Assembly: GCF_001949145.1 (NCBI RefSeq)
Contig: NW_019091355.1
Span: 2,648,646-2,712,645, forward strand
Reading direction: 5' to 3'
From: Acanthaster planci
Lineage: Eukaryota
Length of the DNA: 64,000 nt
Shown here: positions 14,401 through 26,400 of the stretch, piece by piece
Position numbering within the stretch: position 1 is the first letter of the stretch
How the letters are laid out: every line of letters begins with the position of its first letter
The notes under the pieces: generated by a model
What the model saw: the letters and a program-made list of their open reading frames with translations, nothing else
The model's database searches: none
Told to the model about the DNA's origin: nothing
Made by a program: the position numbers and the translations under genes

Positions 14401-17400
14401 TGCTGCATTAGTCTTTCCAGGCAGGGTTCTTGAGAATGGTTGGGAAAAGAAGTCATGGGAAAAAATCATGCCAAGCCCCGCAGATATATTTTTCATTTTC
14501 AAAAAGTAATGATCTCCTGCAAGATCTGGGGAAAAACTCACGAACTTTTGGAAAGGACTTTTGAAGTTTCTCCCAATGTTGGGGAAAATAGTGAGACAAA
14601 AAACAATCAACTCTTTCTCAAAATGGGGCGCAGACTGTACTGAGTTCTTTTCGTCTTGAAAGATCCCCAGAAGACCTCTGGCCCAGCCCAAGAAAACCTT
14701 GGGTCAAGGACTGTGCCTAAAGATACCCTTGCATCAGCAGGGACTGCTAACGACTCCAACTTTTCTGTTTCCCCTCGTTGTGAATTGGCACGTGAAGGTA
14801 CCGCAGATCAGCTTTGCCACAACAATAGCTACTGCCTGAATGGAGGGACTTGCCATTCCGTGGAAGACCCCAAGACCAGAGAGCTGCTGTCCCTTTGCAG
14901 GTAAGCAGGAAGGAATCGTTGTTTTGCCTGATACAGTTTGTTTTATGATGTGATCCTCTTTTCCCTGTAAAAGTTCTGGGAACAGTTTTGGAAATTCAAT
15001 TTATATATTCAAGTAAAATATGCCAGCAAAGCTCTCAATTTTTATATTTGTATGTTGGAGTTACAGTCACTAATGAATGCATGCTGCTTACCACAGTTTT
15101 TGCTGTAACCAAGATTGAAACAGGAGCAGTGTTTTAAAAAGAATTCACAACTTACAACTTCCTCGGTACAAAATCTTAGCATGCCACTGTGTTTAAACAA
15201 GACCTTTCTGTACTCATGTGCTTGTGATAAGAAGTGATTCTTTGAAAACTGGCCTGGTAGATGACTTGTAGGATCGGGACATCTTTCAGTGCATCTTGAA
15301 AGATGGTGGATGATGTCATTGATAGATATGTTGCCAGTACTCCTAGACAAGGGATTTGCTGGAGGTAGACACGATACCTCTGCTTGCATCCCGCCTCCTG
15401 TGACATCTCAAGACATACCTTTAATGAAAGACGCATCGAATTCAATTTGAGATATTCTTGTTATTAGTGGAACAGTGATGACTTCAATGCCGTGTCTGGA
15501 ATTCAAAAATGAATTTTTAGGTTGACAGTTGCATTTTTCTGAATAGTTCAGAAATCCCATGGTCCCCGAACAGAGGATTCAACCTGCAGTTCCTACATGC
15601 ATGACTGTGTAACATATCCTCAGAATTCCACTTTAATTTGTAATTCTGTAAGATGATACATATAGGTTAATGTTATCTACGTGCTCATGTAGCACTAACT
15701 TATATTTTCCTCCGGCCAAAAATGGCCTAAATAACACTGAAGGGTCATTGCTTCGTTCAATCTCCAGCTGCCCCCGCACCTTTATGGGCGATCGTTGCGA
15801 AATCCCCAAATGCAACCTGGACTGTGGTCTGCACGGCTCACTCCATGAGGAAGAATGCAGATGTGTGTGTGAACCAGACTACAGGGGAACCTACTGTCAA
15901 GGTGAGATCTCGTCAGGACACATGCCTAGAAAGGCAGCCGGAAGGACACTCCTGAGATTTTCTCTTGTAATTTGAAGCAACAGAAGGTGGTTTTTGTAGG
16001 ATTGTTTCTGGGCCTAGTGAGGAAGGAGAAATATGGTGAAAAGCACATTGGGAGTCCATCAGTACTGGAATGTGCTATAGAGTACCGAAGAGTGACGTCA
16101 CTGTGAACCAGAAAGTACAGTGCAAATGAATGGACTACGCGCGCGTATTGGTTCACGCACTGATTCTCGCGCTAATGCCTTTTACACACTAATTGTGTGC
16201 GTGTGACGTATTCTCTTGGATACTCTGTATAGATATGTAATATTACTTTCTGTAATCTGAGCATTCATATTATTTGATTGCGATATTCTTGGAACTGAGT
16301 TTCAGTGTACAATGTTGCAGGTTCTTGTACTGTTCTCTCTCCCACCCCTAGAAAGACTGTTCTTTGATATTACAATGTTGGAGAATTTCTTTAGTTTGAC
16401 ACAATCGAATTCCCAATAGTTTGGTTTTTAAACAAGCATTTACACCTGGCATTGTTTTTCATTGCCAATAGTTATCATGGCCTTAGAATTTGTCAGGTTT
16501 TGTTGGATGTGAAAATTGTTGAAAAGGGGATTTTCACAGTATTGGTAAAGGAGGATGGAATGTTTCTTTGGTTTTAGTTTTAATTGTTTTGGGTTTGGGT
16601 TTTTTGGTCTGTTCTTTGTTTTCATTCCCAGTGTTGGTCGATGACCACACCGAGCCCTGTGGACCAGAGTATGAACATTACTGCATGAACGGCGGCACCT
16701 GTATCCACCTGAAGGGAATCATGAGGCCGTCTTGTAGGTAAGATGACGCCGGAGGGAACCACTCGTCCGACTTTCGACCGTCCTCCTGTTTGCTCTCAGT
16801 CTGTCTGTCTTTGATCTAACGCATTGCACGCATTGCTTGATATCTGTGGGACATCCAATGGGCAGCCATAGCTAAGAATTGGCCAGGTAGTGTCTCGTCC
16901 ATGAATGTACGAGACAATTCTTGATACTTAAAGTAGGAACTGCACGTGGTGATGTAGTACCCAAATCGTCAAACAAAGTAACCAAAGAGAAACAGTCAAA
17001 CCAATTTTTGGTAACGACCGCGAAAAACATAACCCAGCCGGGCTTTGTTCAAGTTTGGTTGTTTGGGGCTAAAAGTATTGAAAGCCCGCCCGGCTGCAGT
17101 TAAAAAAACAGAGGCTACACCACATGGTCCATGGCCTGCCATTGCCTTCGTTCTCTCCTTCTTTTAACACCACCCTGTCTGCTTTTTCTGCCTGTACCTA
17201 TGCATTCCTTGTGAATTATTTTCACCGCATTGTCAAGTCCACTGTAAAGCTTTGAGGTCTGCAGGTCAGTTTGTTTGACCGTGGAGCAGAGCTCTGTGCA
17301 GAATCACTGCTGTTTTTGTGGAAGCCTCCGTTAGATGCCTTTCTCGTCTGGCTTCTTTGAAATAAATTGGGGCACATTGAGTATCGCAGTATGCATGCAT

Positions 17401-20400
17401 GCCATGAACTTTAAAGTAATGCAGGATATGCCAATGAACAGCAACACGAATTGCTCTGTTGAATGTGCCTCGGTCTTAAAACTCATACCATCATAATTTT
17501 AACGTGGCTTTTCATGCGGAATACCAATTTTATTCAAGGTGTTGCCCTTAGACCAACGTGTAAATGCACACTACATTCTCAGCGTGGTCTGAGAGTTGCG
17601 GGAAAAATCTTAAGCTGACTCTGGGTGGTTTTGACACCCGTAACCTCAAGCTTAACCACTCGACCACTGAGTTTGCTGTCGTAGTGTAAGGGCAAAACCA
17701 AGTCTAACACCAGTGTTGCAGTTGAGACCATCACAAAACCACACACAAGACCAGCCACAAGTAACAGGTTGAAAAGTGACAAAGGAGTGCTTTTGTTGCA
17801 GTTCATTTGAATAGCTTGTGACTTGAAATCAGACCGGAGGTCTTGTGTTGGTCTTATGCTGGTCTTGTGAAGGTCTGACGTGGTCTCAGCTACAACACTG
17901 TCTAACACAGAGCTGCATGCTTGAGTGGAGTGCGCTTTCTTTGGCCAAACTGCATGGTGCCATCAATTCAATGTAAAAGCTGATTGATGTGCTGTTTTGG
18001 TTTTTTTTTGCATTTTAAAACAAACAATTTTAGCATCTCAGCAGTCAAGTTCATGTAACATAAAACACTTCTAACACTTTTGTCTGCAGTTTTACGCTTA
18101 CAACATGATTAATCTAACATTCAACATTTTTCACTGAATACAATGTAAGCAAAATAATTAGCCCGATTTTAATGAAAAAAAGTGTTGCTTCAACGAAAAA
18201 TAGGCATTAAAGATGTGCAGATCATGAATCTAAATTAACACTGTAGCAAATAGTGACATTCGTCGTAACAACCAGAGACTATTAGTACTTTTGTTTTTTG
18301 TTCATAATTGTTGAAGTTTTTGGAAATGTGGAATGAAGATATTTTAATCTGTATATCTGCATCACATGTTTGTCAGAAATATGTTTCAAAAGAAGTTAAG
18401 TTAATGAGCACATAGTTGCCACCCTTCCCCACCCAAACAAAAAAAATGAGTAAAAGGAACCAATTTAAGCACTTCCGCATTAAGACGTGGGCTCGTCTTT
18501 TGGTCCATGTGCTGATCATTGCTGTGACAAGCATTTTTCCGATCAGTTGGATAAATCACATTCTAGAGTCTTTTCAACATATTTATCAAAATCTTATCAC
18601 TTGATTGTCATCCTTTCACACATCAGGTGTCACAGAGCAGATACCCCAGTACATGTAGGACGTATGTCCCATTTCTATACATTCTTCAACGATTCCAGTC
18701 ATACATTACTGACGACGCAGTGAAATCTTCTTCCTTGTGCATATCACTTCTTTTGATCTATAAACATTTCTACACATCTGATTTTAAGGAAATTTGATCT
18801 TATGTATTTTTCACACTTGTGTATCACGTTTTCAATCTCGTGCCGCGTTCCCTGTTTTGGACGTCAGTTTTTTTTGGTTGTGATTGTGTAACCATTGTGA
18901 AAGCTGCATCGGCTTGTGTTCCAGGGCATTGTCTGCTCTCTTGCAACATTTGTTCGTGTTTTAGTTTTGTGAATCAGTGTTAGAGATGAGAAGACATGAA
19001 ACAACAGTTGCAAGGCAGAGAATTAGATTTTTGGTCAAACTTCAAAAGTGGAGGAAATGAAAGCATTGTGATGAATTGTATTCGGACATGATTTTGTGTT
19101 GTTAAAATTTGCAAGAAAGTAAATGTCTCTTTAGGCCCCCCTCCCCGACCTAGATTGCTTGCTTTGTCAGATTGAAAAGTCAAAGTAAGAATCTGACTCT
19201 CAAAATTTGGATTTAGTTTCAATCATTATGTGTGCATTGCTGTAGCCGCTTTTACTGTGGAAATTGTTGTTATTGTCCTTGGCTGTTTGGTTCCGTATTG
19301 TGACGCTTTCATTGCATAAAAATAGGCTGGTTCCCATCGGTCAGATTCCCTCATTGGTTGCCATGGGCACTGACAAAGTGGTTGCTTTGGTAACAGACTT
19401 TGGCTGTTGAGTAACTGTGATCTGATTGGCAGGTGTCCCATACTCTATTATGGGGATCGTTGTGATCTACTGGAGCCCGAACTCGACTGCGGTTGCATGA
19501 ATGGCGGAAGGTGCCAATATAACCCAAGATTAGAGGCATATATGTGCATGTGAGTAAACTTCAAGAGGAAGAGACTAAAATCGTCCAAAAAATTTGATGA
19601 ATGGTCAATTGTACCATTTTCATGGTAAACCCAAGTTCTTCAGGGAATTCTCGTCAGGAGGCTTCATAAATCCAACAAAACTTAAGCACTGCCCTACTTC
19701 AAATTTGAATATCAAGCCCCGTGTTAAGTAAAAGTGGCATATCTTGACCCCAATCTTTTGAAAGATTATACGAAAATGTGGCTTCACAAGTTGATTGATC
19801 AGAGAAACTTCATTTACGGTTAATTTGAAATTCACCTGAACCGTAGAGTAGTTGATGTGTATGTAGCACTGTGCAGTCAAGTGCAGCCTAATCATGATTA
19901 TGATTTAGTAATCATTAAATTTCATAAAAGGGTTTACGTAATGATGATTACACCAACTTTTACATTTTTCTTTGCTACTTAAAACCCATGTAGGATAAAT
20001 TACGGTGATTTGTCACAAACACACATGTACATGTATCCAGTCATGGAAGATAGATCTACAGATGGTATGAAATGAAAATTGGCCCTGTTTTGTTGATCTA
20101 ACCTTGAAAATAACTGCTAATTCTGCACTTGTGTTAACAAACTCTCAAAAACTTAGACTTGACCTGAATATTTAACAGCATGTCATTTTGCACCAAATCT
20201 TTAACCCCAAAATGTAACGAGATATGTTTTTGATCTTACTGATGCTCTAATAGCATGAATGCTTTGTCTCACCCTCCAAGGAGACTGTTTACTTGTGTTT
20301 GACAACATGAAATTGAAGTAATTGAATTGAAGTTATTTTATTCTTTGTTCTGATATTAAAAACATACACAGATGCTGTGTGACATATTTATGGTAAAATC

Positions 20401-23400
20401 TCTTGCCAGCCTCACAGAAAGCCTTGTTTTTGCAGGTTCAGAAAATGAAAGAAAGGGACACAGCATTTTTATTATCAACAGAGGGCTACTGACCTAGTTT
20501 TTAACTCACAAATGAAGCAATGGCTCAAGAATTGTTTGACATGTCAAAATCAGAGCTTCTCATTGAAGCTACGCTGTCTCTTCACTGAATCCTTTGCCGC
20601 AACAGGGAGACACAACCACCGGAAGGTTGTATTCTCAAAAACTCAAGGACTGATGTTGAAAACAGGAATGGATAGCACACATATCAATCCTTTCCCCGTT
20701 TTTCTTTGTCCAACCTTCAAGGACACTCAGGCAAAAAAAACTGTGTCTGCCCTCACGAAATGCCTTAAGATATTTCACTGCAAGACTGGTATTTCTTTGA
20801 GACTGGCGTGTTATTCCATGAATCACTTGTCAGTAATGCTCCAAAAATTTGTCCCTTCATTCACTGATTGTGTCAACTTTCAAAAACAGTTGCCTCAAAA
20901 AATTTACCGGTGAGAGATGCCAGTTCAAGTCACTTCCACCATCTCGTCCCAATGCAAGTAAGTACATGTAGAGGGCGCTGTAACAAGCGTCCAATGCTGC
21001 CCATTCTTTATGCAAATTAACCTCTTGTGTTTTCTGCTCTCGTTCCTCCTCTTTTTTTTTTTTTTGGTACGTTGCCATGGTTGCAGCTGTCCCCCTCACT
21101 ATGGAGGAACGAGATGTGAGTTTGTCAAACCTGGTTACTCTAAGAGTAAGTAATCCTGCAATGACGTGCCCAGTATCAAAATCACGTACTTTGTCGCATC
21201 TTGTCACCTGGCTGCCAATACCGGGAGCTGTTCATCATCGCTTCGACTCTTTAATCTGTCTCCGTTCTACTTGCTTTTCCTGTTTTTTTCCCCTTTGTTT
21301 TGTCCAGGGATGTCCCAAAAGGTTTCATTCACGGATCCTGGCCAACCTGAATCAGTTTGGCGAAAATGTTGTCAGCCCGAAAACGCTGTCAACACAGCAG
21401 AGCGTTTATATTCTTGGACACTTTTATACACTGCCCGTGGACAGAAATGACCACAGGAACAAGGTCACCAAGAAACTAACAACGTTGAAGGCAATAGCTG
21501 AAGTAACATCCGCGTTGTGTGGCGGTAGCAGCTTCTCATAGATTTGTGTGTTATCCACAGCCGCAAGCAAGATAATTCTGATGTGGCTTCATCAGCAGTG
21601 TTAGAAAACAGGAGAGCAATAGTGGCTGAAACATCTGCCAAGGATAGAGTTCGCGTGAAATACAGAGAAACGATCAGCATATTGAATCAAATCTCCAAAC
21701 AACAGGAGTCTGTTTTGAAGCTCCCCCCCCTTGCAAATTGTGAAACTTTCGTTGGGACATGCCCTTCATATATCTTCCCTCCCACTATAATCTTCTTGCT
21801 CATCTCCCGTGACTTTCCCACCACGAGGGCGCTCTCTCTCATTCTTGTCCAGGTTTCCATGTCGCTATTTATAGACTCCCTGCTGTGATGCCATTATAGT
21901 TTGCTGTTTCTGTTCTGTTGAATGACCGTGTCTCGTGTTCTCTAGAGATTTTTTTTTTCCTTTTGCACCATGGTAGAGAATAATTCCTTGAGAGTAATGT
22001 CCTCCAAAACCATGTCATTTACTGAATAATACCCTCGTTAAATCAGTCATTTTCTAAACTTTATGGTTGCAGTGACTTTTTCTAAATTTCTGAAAGTCTT
22101 GCGTCTTTTTACTCTTACCACCTTGTTCGAATTTAATGAGTAGGATTTCTCTACTTCTAACATCTCAGACCGTTAATAGATGGTGGTTGATCGGCTGTAG
22201 ACATTGAACCATTATCTCCAGATCTCTCTTTTTTTTTTCTTTTTTTTTTTTTCTTGCAGTTTTTGTAGAATCTGGCTTGGGCTCGTATAACTTCCTAAGT
22301 TCCTCATCTAACCGAAGGCTCTGTAACATATGATATGGGCACGTGTTGCATGAACGTACTGCATTAGGGGAAATGACAGGATAAGTCTCTTCCAGGGTTT
22401 TCCATGTGATGCAAGATCTGTGGAAAAGTGAAAATCCAATTCTTTGTAGTGGAAAAGAAAACAGTCAGTGAATTCTTCACATCAAGTAGATGAATGATGA
22501 TATTTAAGTAAAAATTCCAAGATTTTTTTAATAGTAATTAACAGTGTCAAGTCAGACAGACTTCTTGTAGTGAGTGAAATGATACTTTTCAAAATTTTTT
22601 ACAGAAAGGTTTCAAGCATCAGTAGGCATGTACATGTATGGGATTTACCAGAATGTACATATTGCACGTTTGGAAACTGTAGTTGTTTGCATTATATGTC
22701 AGTAACCTGCCACCTTCCTTACCATGACCTTGTCTGTTCCTTGCTTTGTTAACTTTGTTACATCTCCCCCGTAGAGTAATGGAATGCACCATGCTTGAGT
22801 TTAATCTAGTTTTGTTAGTCAGGACGCATGATAAGTGAAAGAAAAGGACTTTTTCTTCAAAAAAGTAGCAATGGTGTGAGAACTCAGTGCATACTATTCC
22901 CACAGAAGTTATGATGCAGAACAGCACCATTAATGCTATGTGCAACTGTATTCCTCTCTTGCTAAGGTGCTGTATTTTTGTGCACATTCAATTAAAAGTC
23001 AGTCGTGTAGTCATGCCATTCACATGCCATTTGTATGCACAGCTTGTGATTTGCTCATGATTGAGCCAGGTGACACCATCTACACTTTCCTGCACAGAAT
23101 CCGTACTCATCAGACTGCATGTAGTTAATGTTACTCAGTGCTCAAGCCTTCTAAATGTGGTTTTGTGACCAGATCTCGTAAAATGAGTCTTAAGGCCATT
23201 TTTTAAAGTAACTGTGTTTTAGTCGGCATTTGGAAAGAGCAAACTGAGCTCTTTGTTTTGATGTCTGAGTCAGTTTGGAATCCTGTTTAAAATTGACGTC
23301 ATATGAGTGAAAAATGTCAGGGATCCTATTGATTTGATATCATGAAAGATCCCTTTTAAAGGGCCTTAATCTCAAAATTGATCTGGTGACTTGGGACACA

Positions 23401-26400
23401 TTTTGTTAGGTTGGGCCACATTTGTCAAGTTTGTCCGAGAATCAGTTCTGTGACGACACACCGTTGTTCTTTTTTGCTGTTGCAATTGTTGTCTTGTCTT
23501 GATCATGTGACACTCCTTATTATTGCTAGGTCCACCCCACCATCACCGTGCACACCGAGTCAAACGCTATATGTTATCTGGTATGTTGCTATGCAACCAT
23601 CCTATGCATTATGAATATGCATGAAGCAGGAATGACTGAATCGCACAAGTCATCGCATGATGTGCCTTGCATAGTATGCATACAATAAATCAAAGCAACC
23701 TAGTCATCAGTAAATTTGCTCAGCTCTCCCAAAGAGATGTCAAACCAACTTTCAGCTTAACTTACAAATATTAAGAAATCATTCTAATTTCTTATTAAAA
23801 AATGCATGGAATTAATAACCTCCTTATGTTATGGTTACACAGTGTATCATTCATTTTGAAGAGAGACAAAAGTTTAAGTTGTTTTTCAGATTCAAAATAG
23901 ATACAGATACGTGAAATTGATATACAGTTGTAACTGTTTAGGGCACTGCAGCATTCCAGTTTAGTTGAAATCTTGGAGAGGTTGAAATCTCATTTGCGAC
24001 CATTTTAAGGCTGAATTCTTTTGCCTTCTATTGAAATGAAGTCTGGCTTTTGATTCAAGCACCTGTGCATGCCGTTTCCATCGCCAGTGGTAACATAACA
24101 GTAATGCACAGCTGAGAAACCTGTGTCCACCCTGTGCATCTTATTTTTTTTAAAATTGTTTGAAGCAGGAGTTTTATCGGGAATGTCAGATGCATAATGG
24201 CACACATGGGTTACAGTGAGACGGCATCGGCTCTTTGGGGAGGATTTGAAGTGTCTGGTCTCATCAGAAATTTAATTAGAACCAAATACTTACTTGTTTG
24301 TATCCATGAAATTGTTCAGAACTACGTTTTGCTTCATCAGGAACCTCAGGGAAGCTTTTTTCCCAGCATCTGAATCCATGCGCCATTGTGCGCCCAATGC
24401 CTTCCATTTAATTTTCTAGAGATAATGATAATGGCTGAATTTCATTTGATGTACATGCAAATCTCTCACGTCAATTTCATCAAAGGGTGTTTTTTTTTGT
24501 CTTTCCTGTGAAACTTTTGAGAGATGCTCAGTCATTCCGTTTGTGTTTGAAAAGTTTAGGGGAAAGTTAATTTTTCTCAGAGGAAAGTTGATGTATCTAC
24601 ATGCTCTGAGGCTCAAAGGGAAAAGACTGAATTTTTGAATTTTGATTAATATCAAAATATTAATATCTATTAATGAGTTGCATGGATCAATTCATCACTC
24701 ATGTATTACTTATTCCCAGTCACAGCTGAAGTTTCGAGCTAAAAAGATATATATACGTTGTAGATTAAAGTCACTATGCAGCTGATTCCAAAAATGAGCC
24801 AAGCTTCAGTATAGAGTTGCAAAGTGTGACGTCATTTTGAAGCAGGAAGTGCAGTGCAAACGAATGGAGTATGCACGAGTGTTTGTTCACACGCTGGCTC
24901 TCACACTGATGCCTTTTACACTATAGACCTTTTTCACCGATGTGACTGGATTGCTCTAAAAGTAAACAATACCACCACCTGTGGACGGCCTTGGCCAAGG
25001 TGTTCGCATGTATTCCTACGGGCAGCTTCAACCACGTGCAAGCACACGTGCGAACCCTGCATGCTTGACTATTTTATCTTGAATAATCACAACCAACACT
25101 ATGCACCCATTACCATCACAATACATCATAGGTCCAGCACGATCCTGACATCACAGGAAAAGGGTCCATAGATGTCCCAGGCACTCCCTGGAATGACTCT
25201 CAGTGGCTAGGAAATCATTGGAAAATAATTCACAAGGACCTGAGTTTCAGAAGTTCTCAAATGTTTTGAACTGTAGAAAAGTTTGTTTGCCTCAACAACA
25301 AAAGGGGGGAAGGAAGTGTTGAAAGGGTATGCTCCCCCAAGCCTCAAACTCTCTGTTTTCCTGCTAACTTTGCCTGCTTTTGAGGACAGTTTTGAAAGTT
25401 GGCAACACAAGGGCACCGACACGCTCTTAGGATCCATCATTAGGATCATCTGGCTCTCCATTTTCTGGCTTGTCACTTTCTTTGCGTGACACGTTCTCCG
25501 TTTGCCACAATTCAGGATTATTGCCAGTACAGACAGTCACAGATAGCTGCTGATTGTCTGCTGTTGTCTTTGTGTCAGTCAAGGACATCCGTATTAATTA
25601 CTTCTCAGTTTGAGAAGGTCATGTCGCATTCTAGGATTTGTCTGCAATAAATTTGGGAGAAAGACTTTGCAATAGTGCTCATCAGAATGGCCTGTTGTTG
25701 AGTCGTCTTGTTTTTTGTGAGAGCTTTTGTTGCATTGCTGCAATATGACGGATAGGTTGAAACACAAGTTCATTAATGCAGCGCAGAATGAGAAATTCCT
25801 GACAACTTCTTGCAATATCCTTGTGTCTACTTTCAGATACAAAAGAGAACTCCCGCAAGATGATCATAACCATCTGCGTCATCTTCCTCGCCATGCTGAT
25901 TGTCATCGGTCTCGTTGTCGTTATCTACATCAGAAATAGGTCAGTCTTTGCTTTGCCAATCTGAAGAAATCTAGACTTTTTTTCTGCTTATTACGAAGCA
26001 TTATTGTAAATCTTGTTGCCGTGGTGTGGACATGACGGACCGTGACTTACAGCTTGTGCAGCACGGCTGAAGGTTGTGTGAGTTTGAAGCAGTCCCATGG
26101 AAATGTTTTATTTGGACTGACAGAAACAGAAATGTGAAAAGCAGATGTCAGAGCTTGGCCACGTTCAGCTGAAATCTTGAGAAGTTCAAAGAATACCCGT
26201 GTTGGCCCATTTATTTCCTCCTTTTGATTGGCAAATTAAGATTTAAATTTAACACTGCTGTCCACCAAATGAAATAGAATAATATTTATACCTCTGTGGT
26301 GTTCGTCATCAGGACTGCCCGGGAGAAAGAACGCCGCGAGAAACTGGAGGAGATGATCCAAGACCAGCGCACTGGGATGAGGCTGCAAGCCCCACTACAG

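Noticed and set aside
15042..15445. Overlapping minus-strand ORFs as a possible nested gene or transposase fragment
   Set aside because: No recognisable motifs or supporting splice structure.
11238..15901. Tenascin, teneurin or Notch-ligand identity for the EGF gene
   Set aside because: No FN3, fibrinogen, YD or DSL exons were seen. The type I topology with juxtamembrane C4-C5-split EGFs fits an ErbB ligand.
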